Of a stretch of 55,371 nt of DNA, positions 37,650-47,522 are shown piece after piece. Both the position numbers and the translations under genes were made by a program. Each line of letters begins with the position of its first letter. The stretch's first letter is position 1. Below the pieces are notes generated by a model, which worked only from the letters and a program-made list of their open reading frames with translations, searched no databases and was not told the origin of the DNA. This stretch comes from Bdellovibrionales bacterium (GTDB lineage: Bacteria; Bdellovibrionota; Bdellovibrionia; Bdellovibrionales; JAMPXM01). Where the stretch lies: NCBI GenBank assembly GCA_005808505.1, contig SYLX01000104.1:1-55371 (forward strand), in the 5' to 3' direction.

Positions 37650-38090
37650 ATGGCTCATAAAGCGCGCGTCGTGATCATCGAAAAAGATCGAATCGCCTTC
37701 ATCAAACGGCAAAGGATTGATCGAACTTATTTCGTGTTCCCAGGCGGGACACTCGAAGCCGGTGAAACTTTGGAACAAGCCGCGATTCGGGAGGCCCGCG
37801 AAGAGACTGGCCTAGAGGTCGAACTGCAATCTTTGATTGCCCGGGTTCTCTACAAAGGTAACTGGCACGCCTTCTTCGTAGCTCGACCGATCGGAGGAAC
37901 TTGGGGAGACTGTCATGGTCCGGAGTTTACCGAAGAACGTCGTCGAACCAGCGGAACCTACGAGCCTGTTTGGCTTTGTCGAAAGGAAATGGGCACGGTC
38001 AGCATTCACCCCGATGTGATGAAAGATGTTGCACTCAAGGGAATCCGGCATGGTTGGCCGGGCCAAATCCTTGAATTCATCGCGAACTGA
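37650..38090 (+). CDS. NUDIX hydrolase
   Basis: Nudix box GGTLEAGETLEQAAIREAREETGLEV. Confidence 0.8.
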   Translation: MAHKARVVIIEKDRIAFIKRQRIDRTYFVFPGGTLEAGETLEQAAIREAREETGLEVELQSLIARVLYKGNWHAFFVARPIGGTWGDCHGPEFTEERRRTSGTYEPVWLCRKEMGTVSIHPDVMKDVALKGIRHGWPGQILEFIAN

Positions 38091-38117
38091 CAGAGCCCAG
38101 GAAGCCAAATACCGACC

Positions 38118-39323
38118 TCACACGTCGATCTTGATTTCAGGTCGAGCCTGGTTCCCCTTCTCGAGTTCTTTGATGGTCTTTTCTGCGTCGGACGTGATTT
38201 TGTCGAGTTCCAGGACTGTCGACGCCATCTGCGGGAGCGCATTAACTCGGAACTGCGAGAGATCCGTGAGCGCCTGATTGATATCCGCGAACGCCGATTT
38301 GAGTGAGTTCATATCGATTTGCGCCGAAGCCGCCTGCTTTTGGATTTGAACGCCTTGGGTTTTGAGACGCGCCGATGTGTTCGCAATCAAATCCGAAGTC
38401 GTCTTGTTCACCGATTCAATTTTATCGAGAACAATTTTTTGATTCGCGAGGGCCATCGCAACCGTAGCTGCAACTTGCAGTGCGTTTACGGTTACGTTGA
38501 GAGCCCGGTCCACACCCCGCGCGAGCTCTTTGTTATTTCGCACGATCAGTTCCGTCGCAAGAATGCCCTGTTGATTGACCGCAAGCTGCTGTTGAAGATC
38601 GATGATTCGCTGGCGGAGCGGGAACATGAGTTCTTCTGCGATGAACTTATGCTTCGGATCTGTCGGTGCAATCTCTCGATCGAGTTTGTATTGAAGCTTT
38701 TGATCGATCAGCTGACCGAGCTTAATGGCTTTCTCGAGTCGCACGGTCATCTCACGCATGCGTTTTTGATCTTCACCGAGGGTGATATTGTCACGAAGGA
38801 GTTGATCCTTACCTTGCTCAAGCGAACGCACGACAGAGGCGATCACGGTCTGCGCGCTTTCAAACTTTGTGAAGTAGCGCTTCAGAGGCGAGCCGATCCC
38901 CGGTAACGCTCCAAGAGCGCGCGAAAACCAACCTGGTTCAAAATCGAATTTTGCGGGGTCAAGCTCCTCGACCTTCATCTTCAGGTCAATCAAGGCATTC
39001 GCAACGTCGCCTCCGTCTTCGGCTCGGCCGGAGAGTTTTTTCACGGGCTGTTGCAAGAGACTCATTTGCCGACCCGCCTCTTTTTGAACTTCAGCTCCCA
39101 TGGTTTCGACGGCGGTTTTGCCCTCTTCGCCCGCCGTTGGCGCTTGCGGATCTAAACTCGCAAGAAGGTTTGCGAAGTGATCAGCTTTCGCGTCGAGATC
39201 TTGATCCTGACCTGGGCGGATTTCGATCGCCTGCGGTTTTGTCAGCTGAAGGTCTTTTACGATTTCCGTAGGGGTCGCTACCTTCAACGCAGTTCCGGGC
39301 GCCGTGTTTGCCGTGTCAGCCAT
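38118..39323 (-). CDS. TelA/YaaN-like toxic-anion-resistance family protein
   Basis: About 400-aa all-helical protein whose size and organisation resemble Bacillus YaaN/TelA. It is paired with an XpaC-like gene, as in B. subtilis xpaC-yaaN. Confidence 0.45.
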   Translation of the reverse strand: MADTANTAPGTALKVATPTEIVKDLQLTKPQAIEIRPGQDQDLDAKADHFANLLASLDPQAPTAGEEGKTAVETMGAEVQKEAGRQMSLLQQPVKKLSGRAEDGGDVANALIDLKMKVEELDPAKFDFEPGWFSRALGALPGIGSPLKRYFTKFESAQTVIASVVRSLEQGKDQLLRDNITLGEDQKRMREMTVRLEKAIKLGQLIDQKLQYKLDREIAPTDPKHKFIAEELMFPLRQRIIDLQQQLAVNQQGILATELIVRNNKELARGVDRALNVTVNALQVAATVAMALANQKIVLDKIESVNKTTSDLIANTSARLKTQGVQIQKQAASAQIDMNSLKSAFADINQALTDLSQFRVNALPQMASTVLELDKITSDAEKTIKELEKGNQARPEIKIDV

Positions 39324-39388
39324 GAGCAGATCCTTTCTCGTTATTCTTTGCCATTACTCAATATGAGGTCGCCGCGCCTGGAAAAATT

Positions 39389-40246
39389 TTAGCGCGGCTT
39401 TGAATACTTACTCACTCGCTTTGCGAGTTCTTCGAGGTCTTTCACTGATTGATCGAGGTCTCGCGACGCTTGGCCGCGTCCCGTGTCGATCTCGTTCAGC
39501 GCCGAGGTAATGCGCTGGAGTTCCAAAAGTGCTTTTTCATTTGCCTGCAATCGATCGATGAGATCTGAAAGTGTCTTCTCCCGAACGGCGAGCTGATCTT
39601 TCACGATTGCAAGTTCACGCCTTTCCTTCTCCGGTAAATCGTTGCGGTCCGCAAGACTCTGAACGCGCTTTAAGAGATGCCTTGAATCGATCGATGTGAG
39701 GTTTTGAAAAAGACCCACGACACTCTGCAGACTATCCATCACGCCGAGAAAAACTTGTTCACCCGCTCCGAGGTAGCGGTCGTAAGTGATCTCACCGCGA
39801 TCAAACTTTTGGTCAAGACTCGAGCGGAAGTTTTTGTATCTCTTTAGGGCCTGATCGTACTGAGTTTGCGCGCGAGTCACGTTCTCTTCGTCGAGATTTT
39901 CGAGAAACTGACTTTTCGAAAGAGCGCGCCGAATACCTTTATGCACGTCCGTTTCAAAACTTTGCGCCTGCGCCAGCTGCGCCGCCTCGATGGATTCGCG
40001 ATTTTTTAAGTAGAGGATCCACCCTGGAACAGCGAGAAAGAAAAATCCGAAAGCAAGAACCCATGCAAACGGCGATCCCGTGAAAAGCGCCCCAACAACG
40101 ATGATCGAACCAGTCACAAAAGGAATTTTGAAGTCGCCGTCTTTCACGATCTTCGAAACAGGTAAGCCTGACGCGCGAGTTTGCGGCAAACGGCTTTTTC
40201 CTGAATCTGCTGCATTCCCTTGTTTGTTCTGCGGAAGGTCGGCCAT
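39389..40246 (-). CDS. XpaC-like membrane protein (5-bromo-4-chloroindolyl phosphate hydrolysis protein family)
   Basis: Two adjacent N-terminal TM helices followed by a coiled-coil domain, lying immediately upstream of the TelA-like gene. Confidence 0.4.
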   Translation of the reverse strand: MADLPQNKQGNAADSGKSRLPQTRASGLPVSKIVKDGDFKIPFVTGSIIVVGALFTGSPFAWVLAFGFFFLAVPGWILYLKNRESIEAAQLAQAQSFETDVHKGIRRALSKSQFLENLDEENVTRAQTQYDQALKRYKNFRSSLDQKFDRGEITYDRYLGAGEQVFLGVMDSLQSVVGLFQNLTSIDSRHLLKRVQSLADRNDLPEKERRELAIVKDQLAVREKTLSDLIDRLQANEKALLELQRITSALNEIDTGRGQASRDLDQSVKDLEELAKRVSKYSKPR

Positions 40247-40555
40247 TGTTTACCTGGTTCTCAATTCAATCTTCGCTGAGGAAGCGATCTTCGAAACCCA
40301 CTGCTTAGAAGATCAGATTTTTGGAGCCTCACCACAAGCGTTTCCTGTGAGTCTTTCGCAAATTAGCTCGGAAATCCACCTTCGAGAAGCCATCCTGAAC
40401 GAAGGATGATCAATCTGCGCGGATTGTAGGCAATTTGTTTAATGCGTTTTCGCAAGAGCTAACTTTCGCGTCGCACAAACCGCTAGCCATGCGGCCTATT
40501 TCCTATTTACGCTTGAGTCGAAACGATAAACGAGCCTGGAAGGGAATGGTGTTGC

Positions 40556-41560
40556 ATGGGTCTTTTCAGCTTCTTCAAAAAACAGTTTCTCGATGTTTTG
40601 GAGTGGACCGAAGACTCAAACGGAGTTCTCGCCTTCCGGTTCCCCATGCAGGATCGCGAAATTCAGAATGGCGCTCAACTGACCGTTCGGGACACGCAAG
40701 TGGCCCTTTTCGTTAACGAAGGCGAAATTGCCGATCTTTTTGAGCCAGGTCGCCACCAGCTGAACACCGGAAACTTGCCGATGCTCACGAATCTGAAGAA
40801 CTGGGACAAGTTCTTCGAATCCCCGTTCAAATCGGATGTGTACTTTTTCTCAACGAGAGAACAGCTAGACCAACGTTGGGGAACGACAACACCGATCACC
40901 GTGCGCGATAAAGAGTTCGGACCTATCCGCCTACGTGCGCACGGAACGTATTCGTTTCGCATCAAAAACCCACGCGTGTTTTTCAAGAAGGTCAGCGGAA
41001 CAAGAGACCTTGTGACGGTTGAGGATCTCCAAGGTCAGCTCCGTGCCACGGTCCTGACGTCGCTTGCGACATTCTTCGGTTCGGGTCAGGTCGCTTTCCT
41101 TGACATGGCCGCAAACCAGACAAAGTTCTCTGAGACTTTGAAAGAAGCGCTTGATCCTGCCTTCAATGAATATGGGCTCGCGCTCGCTTCATTCTATGTC
41201 CAAAGCATTTCGCTTCCGGATGAGCTTCAAGCTCATCTCGATAAGGTGGCCGGAATGCGCATGGTGGGCGATCTTCGCAAATACGCTCAGTTCCAAACAG
41301 CCGACAGTCTCACCGCGGCGGCTACGAACCCCGGCGGAGCTGCTGGCGCAGGCGCAAGTTTAGGCGCTGGCCTCGCGATGGGCCAAGCGATGGCGAATGC
41401 GCTTTCGGGTCCAGGCTCCGGCTTTGGGGATAATTCAGGAACTCCGTCCGAAGATCCGCTCACGACGATCAGCAAGCTCCACGATTTGATGACGAAGGGT
41501 GTGATTTCGCAGACTGAGTTCGAGGCAAAGAAAGCAGAGCTTCTCAAGAAGATCACATGA
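40556..41560 (+). CDS. SPFH/Band-7 domain protein with C-terminal SHOCT domain (YdjI-like)
   Basis: N-terminus MGLFSFFKKQFLDVLEWTED typical of the YdjI-type Band_7 family. C-terminal SHOCT (ISKLHDLMTKGVISQTEFEAKKAELLKKI). Confidence 0.7.
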   Translation: MGLFSFFKKQFLDVLEWTEDSNGVLAFRFPMQDREIQNGAQLTVRDTQVALFVNEGEIADLFEPGRHQLNTGNLPMLTNLKNWDKFFESPFKSDVYFFSTREQLDQRWGTTTPITVRDKEFGPIRLRAHGTYSFRIKNPRVFFKKVSGTRDLVTVEDLQGQLRATVLTSLATFFGSGQVAFLDMAANQTKFSETLKEALDPAFNEYGLALASFYVQSISLPDELQAHLDKVAGMRMVGDLRKYAQFQTADSLTAAATNPGGAAGAGASLGAGLAMGQAMANALSGPGSGFGDNSGTPSEDPLTTISKLHDLMTKGVISQTEFEAKKAELLKKIT

Positions 41561-42195
41561 AACTTCTTTGCCCAGCTTGCGGCGGCGAAGTCGCGTTCAA
41601 ATCGAAGTGGTCCGTGTTCGGAGTTTGCCCTTACTGCGCCTCGATGCTTGTGCGTAGGGACCTGGACGTGGAAAACTTGGGCAAACAAAGCGCGATGCCC
41701 GCTGACTTTAGCCCTTTGCAACTAGGTACACGGGGCCGTATTGAGTCCGCTTCTTTTGAACTCGTTGGCCGACTGAAAATTGGTTGGGTCGACGGAAACT
41801 GGAACGAGTGGTATGCCGCTTTCGACGATGGACGCGATGGTTGGATCTCAGATGCCGAAGGACTTTTTACTCTCTCGTTTCAAAAACGAGACGTCTCGAG
41901 GACTCCGGGAGTTTCCGACTTCAAAGCCGGCGACCAGATCACGTTGTTGGGGAAAACTTTCGAAGTGAGCGACATTAAACAAGTCACTTGTCTTGCAACG
42001 GAAGGTGAACTCCCGTTTGCAAGCCGTGCCGGGCGCAAAAGTACGAGCATTGACCTGCACGGCTCCGACGACACGTTCTGTACGCTCGATTTTGGCGACG
42101 ATGAGAAATCCGAGCCGCCGATCATCTATCTCGGGACTTCGCGCGAATTCGAAGATTTTCAATTCAATCACTTGAGGGAATTCGATGGCTGGTGA
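41557..42195 (+). CDS. zinc-ribbon + DUF4178 domain protein (YdjG/YdjH-like)
   Basis: CPACGG...CPYCAS zinc ribbon, then a W-rich DUF4178-like core (NWNEWYAAFDDGRDGWI). ATGA overlap with the upstream stop. Confidence 0.6.
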   Translation: MKLLCPACGGEVAFKSKWSVFGVCPYCASMLVRRDLDVENLGKQSAMPADFSPLQLGTRGRIESASFELVGRLKIGWVDGNWNEWYAAFDDGRDGWISDAEGLFTLSFQKRDVSRTPGVSDFKAGDQITLLGKTFEVSDIKQVTCLATEGELPFASRAGRKSTSIDLHGSDDTFCTLDFGDDEKSEPPIIYLGTSREFEDFQFNHLREFDGW

Positions 42196-43891
42196 ACTAA
42201 AGGTGGGGTCACCAGGCGCGCCCTCGGCGACCCCGCAGCCAAAGGTTTTCGCTTGCCCCTCGTGCGGCGCAAACATCACGATCCGTGCCGTTGGTTTAAC
42301 GATTTCCGCAGCCTGCGGGTCTTGCGGCTCCGTCATCGATGTCGCTGACGAGAATCACAAGATTCTCTCGAAGGCCGCAAAGAATCTAAACATCGAGCCT
42401 CTCATTCCCCTTGGAACGAAGGGAAAGTTCAAAGGAAACGTTTGGCAAGTCATCGGCTTCATGAGGAGATCCGACGACACGGGCTCGTTCGTTTGGGAAG
42501 AATACTTTCTCTTCAATCCTCTGAAAGGGTTTCGTTGGCTCACTCAGGGTGAAGGTCACTGGAACTTCGTTCTTCGCACTACAAACAAACCTTCAAACAA
42601 TTTTCATCGGGGCGTTCATTATCTCGACAAAGATTATCGTCTCTTCCATTCGGGTTCGGCGAAAGTTCTCTTCGTTGTCGGAGAGTTCAGCTGGCGCGTA
42701 AAGGTCGGCGATCAGGCGGTGGTGAAGGACTTCATCAATCCTCCCGAAATTCTCTCGATGGAGAAGCTCAAAGATGAAGTGAGTTGGAGCATCGGTGAGT
42801 ACGTCGAGCCAGAGGATGTGCAGGCAGCTTTTTCGATCGATCAGACAAAGATGCCAGCACGTTGGCGAACAGCTCCTAACCAACCTTCTGCGGCTTCGCA
42901 ATTGGCGCCCACACTTTGGAAGTACGCGGTCTGTTTTATTGGGCTGCTCTTCTTCATCCAGTTGCTGACGATGATCTTCTCGCGCGGTGAACAAATCTTC
43001 GCGCAGAAGTTCACGCTGAACAGCATGGATAAAGATGTCGTGCAAGTGAGCCAACCTTTCGACCTCAAAAAAGCGCGGAATACCCTCGCTTTCCAGCTCT
43101 GGGCTGACGTGAACAACGCTTGGCTCGCCACCGAAGTTGATTTGGTCAACGAATCAAACGGCGAAACGGTCTCGTTTGAACAAGGAGTTGAGTACTACAG
43201 CGGCTCTGATTACGACGGACATTGGAGTGAAGGAACACGTACGCACGAAGCGGTGCTGTCCGACATCCCTGCGGGTCGGTACCACCTAGTGTTGCGACCT
43301 CAGGGCTCGATGCTCGAATCGAATTCATCGGTAGTTCCCGCAACGGCGCCGCCTCCTGAGCCAGCTTCTGTACTTCCCGAACAAAATCCTGGTGCGACGG
43401 TGCAGCCCGATCTCATCAAACAATCTTGGCCTAACGGACAAGTGAAGTCGCTCGAGCCTCTCAAAGACGGGAAATTCGACGGAATCGCGCACTACTATCA
43501 CGACAACGGAAAGATGTACGCGTCGATTCCGTGGGTGCAAGGTCGCAAACACGGACACTTCACCTTGTTCCGCTCTGATGGATCACGCGAACAAGAACTC
43601 AGTTACAAACATGGTTTGCCTCACGGACAAATCATTTTCTTCGATAACAACGGCACCGTTTCAGCCATTCAAAATTACGAAAATGGCGTCCTTGTCGATC
43701 GTGCGCAGCCAACGGCAGCGAACTTTTCGATCTCCGTTATCCGCGGCGTGGTGATTTGGCAGAACTTCCTCATTGCATTGCCTCTCCTCGCGCTGATCCC
43801 GCTCTTTATCGCTTGGCGACGGCATTCGGTTGAGTATGAACGTTGGTCTCAAAGCGACTACTCCCCCTACCCGAGCCACCACGGAGAATAA
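42185..43891 (+). CDS. multidomain membrane protein: zinc-ribbon + DUF4178 + TM + MORN-variant repeats + C-terminal TM
   Basis: FACPSCGAN...CGSCGS zinc ribbon, a DUF4178-like block (EEYFLFNPLKGFRWLTQGEGHWNFVL), TM helix (YAVCFIGLLFFIQLLTMIF), MORN-variant repeats (GIAHYYHDNGKMYASIPWVQGRKHGHFTLF...) and a terminal TM. GAGGGA RBS. Confidence 0.6.
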   Translation: MAGELKVGSPGAPSATPQPKVFACPSCGANITIRAVGLTISAACGSCGSVIDVADENHKILSKAAKNLNIEPLIPLGTKGKFKGNVWQVIGFMRRSDDTGSFVWEEYFLFNPLKGFRWLTQGEGHWNFVLRTTNKPSNNFHRGVHYLDKDYRLFHSGSAKVLFVVGEFSWRVKVGDQAVVKDFINPPEILSMEKLKDEVSWSIGEYVEPEDVQAAFSIDQTKMPARWRTAPNQPSAASQLAPTLWKYAVCFIGLLFFIQLLTMIFSRGEQIFAQKFTLNSMDKDVVQVSQPFDLKKARNTLAFQLWADVNNAWLATEVDLVNESNGETVSFEQGVEYYSGSDYDGHWSEGTRTHEAVLSDIPAGRYHLVLRPQGSMLESNSSVVPATAPPPEPASVLPEQNPGATVQPDLIKQSWPNGQVKSLEPLKDGKFDGIAHYYHDNGKMYASIPWVQGRKHGHFTLFRSDGSREQELSYKHGLPHGQIIFFDNNGTVSAIQNYENGVLVDRAQPTAANFSISVIRGVVIWQNFLIALPLLALIPLFIAWRRHSVEYERWSQSDYSPYPSHHGE

Positions 43892-43893
43892 GA

Positions 43894-44085
43894 GTGAAGC
43901 TTCTTCGTTTTTACGCCGCTGCAGCTTTCGTCCTGTGCACATACGTCGCGTGGTCGAACTATTCGGGCTACATGCCTCTTGGGGGCACGGCTACCGAAAA
44001 ATGGGGACCTGAAGGAAAGAAAAACACCGGAGCCTCGCGCGGCGGCAGCTATGGCCGCTCATGGGGCGGCGGATATCACAAGTAA
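43894..44085 (+). CDS. small single-TM protein with Gly-rich tail
   Basis: GGAGAA RBS 5 nt before GTG 43894. N-terminal TM (FYAAAAFVLCTYVAW), then ...GGSYGRSWGGGYHK. Confidence 0.4.
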   Translation: MKLLRFYAAAAFVLCTYVAWSNYSGYMPLGGTATEKWGPEGKKNTGASRGGSYGRSWGGGYHK

Positions 44086-44103
44086 TCAAAGGAGAGTACA
44101 ATC

Positions 44104-44325
44104 ATGGAAGGTATGATCGTGAATCCGCACGCAGTTGCGAATGCATTGGTTTTCTCAGTTCTTGGGCTCGGGATGCTCGCAATTTCATTTATCGTTTTCG
44201 ATAAGCTGACGCCGGGCCACCTTTGGAAACACATTGTTGAAGATCAGAACGTCGCTCTAGCGATCACCGCCAGTGCCTTCGTGATTTCCATGTCGATCAT
44301 CATCGCGATGTCGATCCGCGGATAA
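44104..44325 (+). CDS. DUF350 small membrane protein
   Basis: AAGGAGAG RBS. Two-TM, 73-aa protein matching the DUF350 pattern (ALVFSVLGLGMLAISFIVFDKLTPG...). Confidence 0.65.
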   Translation: MEGMIVNPHAVANALVFSVLGLGMLAISFIVFDKLTPGHLWKHIVEDQNVALAITASAFVISMSIIIAMSIRG

Positions 44326-44329
44326 AGAC

Positions 44330-45826
44330 ATGTCGTTTGTTCTTCTCTTTTCGGTTTTCGTCATTGCAACCTGCGGGTTGATCTACGAGCTGATCGCGAG
44401 CGCGCTTGCGAGCTATCTCCTCGGGGACTCGATCACTCAATTTTCGACGATCATCGGCGTCTATCTTTTCTCGATGGGGATCGGATCCTTTCTTTCTAAG
44501 TACGTGAGCCGCAACCTTATCTCCGTCTTTGTTCGCGTCGAGTTCTTGATCGGACTTGTCGGTGGCACATCGGCAGCATTGCTTTTTCTACTTTTTGAGC
44601 AGGTCTCGTCCTTTCGGATCCTACTCTACTCGATCGTTTCGCTCACCGGAACGCTTGTTGGACTAGAGATCCCATTGCTCATGCGAATTCTGCAAGAGAA
44701 GTTCGAGTTCAAAGATCTCGTGGCGCGTGTGTTCACGTTCGATTACATCGGCGCTTTGCTTGCTTCACTCCTCTTCCCGCTCGTGCTCGTTCCGCATCTG
44801 GGCCTGGTTCGATCGGCGTTTCTCTTTGGTGCCGTCAACGTCATCGTTGGCCTATGGACGCTTCATCTTTTTAAAAGCGATGTGGCCTGGCCGAGAGCTC
44901 TTCGCGCAGGCGCTATCGGAATTTTGATCTTCCTCGTGACTGGTTTTGTCCTCTCCGATCGCATCATGAGTTTTGCGGAGACGTCGAGCTATCCGGATAA
45001 AGTTGTGTACGCGAAGTCGTCGCCTTATCAGCGCATCGTACTTACGCGCTCGCATAACGACACGCGCCTCTTTCTGAACGGCAATCTTCAGTTCAGCACG
45101 CGCGATGAATACCGCTATCACGAAGCGCTCGTTCACGTGGGCCTCGCTACGCTTGAGAATCCTAAAAAAGTTCTCGTGCTCGGCGGTGGAGATGGTCTCG
45201 CCGTTCGCGAGATCCTGAAGTATCCGAGTGTCGAGTCGATTACGCTTGTCGACCTCGACGCCGCGATGACTTCTCTCTTTCATAATCACGCGGACCTTTC
45301 AGCTCTCAACGGCGGAGCATTGCGCTCTCCGAAAGTGAAGATCATTAACACCGACGCGTTTTTATGGATCAAAGAGAACCGCGAAGTCTTTGATTTCATC
45401 GCCGTGGACTTTCCGGATCCTTCGAACTTCTCGATCGGCAAGCTCTATACGACAAGCTTCTACAAGAATCTGATCGCAGCCGTGCATGATAATGGCCTCG
45501 TTGTCATTCAAAGCACATCTCCTTACGTTGCTAAAAAATCTTTCAGCTGCATCAACACCACGCTTGAAGCGGCGGGCTTTATGACAACTCCGTATCACGC
45601 GTTCGTTCCCTCGTTTGGGGAATGGGGCTACGTGATCGGGACTAAGAAACCTTTTACTGCTCCGACTCGCTTTCCTGAGGGTTTGAAGTTCGTCAATCCC
45701 TCGACGGTCGCTACGATGCTTCAGTTCCCGCCGGATATGATGGTGGCTAAGACCGAGGTGAATCGTCTGAATAACCAGATCCTCGTGAGATATTTTGAAG
45801 ATGAGTGGTCCGAATACGTCAGATAA
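44330..45826 (+). CDS. membrane-embedded polyamine aminopropyltransferase (spermidine/spermine-synthase-like)
   Basis: About 200-aa multi-TM N-terminal domain fused to a spermidine-synthase fold (VLVLGGGDGLAVREIL...VDLD...DFPDP). Confidence 0.75.
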   Translation: MSFVLLFSVFVIATCGLIYELIASALASYLLGDSITQFSTIIGVYLFSMGIGSFLSKYVSRNLISVFVRVEFLIGLVGGTSAALLFLLFEQVSSFRILLYSIVSLTGTLVGLEIPLLMRILQEKFEFKDLVARVFTFDYIGALLASLLFPLVLVPHLGLVRSAFLFGAVNVIVGLWTLHLFKSDVAWPRALRAGAIGILIFLVTGFVLSDRIMSFAETSSYPDKVVYAKSSPYQRIVLTRSHNDTRLFLNGNLQFSTRDEYRYHEALVHVGLATLENPKKVLVLGGGDGLAVREILKYPSVESITLVDLDAAMTSLFHNHADLSALNGGALRSPKVKIINTDAFLWIKENREVFDFIAVDFPDPSNFSIGKLYTTSFYKNLIAAVHDNGLVVIQSTSPYVAKKSFSCINTTLEAAGFMTTPYHAFVPSFGEWGYVIGTKKPFTAPTRFPEGLKFVNPSTVATMLQFPPDMMVAKTEVNRLNNQILVRYFEDEWSEYVR

Positions 45827-47519
45827 AAAACTCCTCACCCGTCGGCAAGTCACGGCTCTTTTGGGTCTTGCCGGAGTCGGAACGGTCGCTGCAGCCGTCG
45901 CAAAGACGGCGGGCTTCGAGCGATTGTCTTCTTTGGTTGGCGGCAGCTCGACGGCTGCAGGACAAGTGATTCCGGGTCAGCTTCTAGGCGCGTCCCACAA
46001 AGTTGGACACATCCTGCGTCAACTTCCGAAAGATAAACCAGCACGGACGATCACGACTGGAATCGCGATCGTTGGCGGAGGGATCTCGGGCCTCTCCGCT
46101 GCCTACATGTTGAAGAAAAAAGGGTATGAAGATTTCCAACTTTTTGAACTTGAGAACGAGGTTGGTGGAAACTCAAGTTCAGGAGAAAACGGAGTTTCAG
46201 CGCATCCTTGGGGTGCGCACTATGTGCCTCTTCTAGGCAATGATGCCACCGAAGCTCACGAACTTTTCAAAGACCTCGGAATTATCGAAGGCGTCGATGC
46301 CGAAGGACGAGCGATCTACAACGAGGATTATCTTTGTGCCGATCCGCATGATCGTCTATTCCACCATGGCATTTGGCAAGAGGGCTTAGTGCCTAAATCG
46401 GGTCTTACGGATCACGAACAATCGCAATACCAGCAGTTTTTTTCGTTTTTGGAGAGACTCAAACACACTCGTGGAAAAGACGGAAAACCAGCCTTCACTA
46501 TTCCGGCCGATCGAAGTTCTCGAGATCCTGAATTTTTAAAGTACGACCAGATCACGATGGCGGAGTTCATGCGCCAAAATGGTTGGGAGGCGGGTTCGCT
46601 TCTCTGGTACGTCGAGTACTGTTGCCGCGACGATTATGGAACAGGAATTGATCAGGTCTCCGCGTGGGCGGGTCTCCATTATTTCGCTTCGCGAAGCGGT
46701 ATAGCTGCAAATGCGGATTCGCAAACGGTCCTCACGTGGCCCGAAGGAAACGGCTGGATCGTAAAAAAGCTGCGCGAAAAAGTTTCCTCCCAGCTTCGCT
46801 GCGGACAACTTGTTTACAATGTCGAAACGGATCAAAGCACCGGGGATGTCTTAGTCGACACGATCACGACTGGCTCGGGCGAAACTCTACGCATTCGCGC
46901 AAAGAGCGCGATCTTCGCAGCTCCCCAATTCATTGCGGGTCGAGTGGTAAAGAAGTTGCGTGAAGCTCCGCCCGAATACCTTCGTGACTTCACTTATGCG
47001 CCCTGGCTTGTCGCAAACGTCACTTTGAAGTCGGTGCCGCCTGGACCTGGTGTTGGTCTTTGTTGGGATAACGTGAGCGTCGCGAGTCGATCACTGGGAT
47101 ACATCAATGCGACTCACCAGTTGATTCCGCTTACGCCTGGTCCGACCGTAGTTACGTACTACCGACCGCTTGATGAGCGCGATCCTTTGACCGAACGGCG
47201 TGAAGCCTTGACCAAGACTCAAGCGCAATGGGCGGAGGAAGTCGCAAAAGATCTTGAATCGATGCACCCTTCCATTCGCCGCGAAATTTTGAATATTGAT
47301 GTTTGGGTTTGGGGTCACGCGATGCTTAGGCCCTTACCTGGTTTTATCACGGGAGAAAGTCGCAAGAACGCGGCTCGGCCTCTCGACCGAATCCTTTTCG
47401 CTCACTCGGATCTCTCCGGCATTCCGATTTTTGAAGAAGCTCATGCTCGCGGAACTCAAGCCGCTTTAAAGGCGCTGGAGTTTCTTTCGCGTCCGCGGAA
47501 CAATTTGGCGGGGATCTGA
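45801..47519 (+). CDS. Tat-exported FAD-dependent amine-oxidase-family oxidoreductase
   Basis: Twin-arginine signal (TRRQVTALLGLAGVGTVAAAVA) and an FAD dinucleotide fold (IAIVGGGISGLSAAYML). It overlaps the upstream gene by 26 nt. Confidence 0.65.
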   Translation: MSGPNTSDKKLLTRRQVTALLGLAGVGTVAAAVAKTAGFERLSSLVGGSSTAAGQVIPGQLLGASHKVGHILRQLPKDKPARTITTGIAIVGGGISGLSAAYMLKKKGYEDFQLFELENEVGGNSSSGENGVSAHPWGAHYVPLLGNDATEAHELFKDLGIIEGVDAEGRAIYNEDYLCADPHDRLFHHGIWQEGLVPKSGLTDHEQSQYQQFFSFLERLKHTRGKDGKPAFTIPADRSSRDPEFLKYDQITMAEFMRQNGWEAGSLLWYVEYCCRDDYGTGIDQVSAWAGLHYFASRSGIAANADSQTVLTWPEGNGWIVKKLREKVSSQLRCGQLVYNVETDQSTGDVLVDTITTGSGETLRIRAKSAIFAAPQFIAGRVVKKLREAPPEYLRDFTYAPWLVANVTLKSVPPGPGVGLCWDNVSVASRSLGYINATHQLIPLTPGPTVVTYYRPLDERDPLTERREALTKTQAQWAEEVAKDLESMHPSIRREILNIDVWVWGHAMLRPLPGFITGESRKNAARPLDRILFAHSDLSGIPIFEEAHARGTQAALKALEFLSRPRNNLAGI

Positions 47520-47522
47520 AAG

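Noticed and set aside
40247-40555. Search for a sigma-54 (TGGCAC-N5-TTGCW) promoter upstream of the SPFH operon, as in classical psp operons
   Set aside because: No match with correct spacing. The nearest candidate (TGGAAGggaatggtgTTGCA) has the wrong GG-GC distance.
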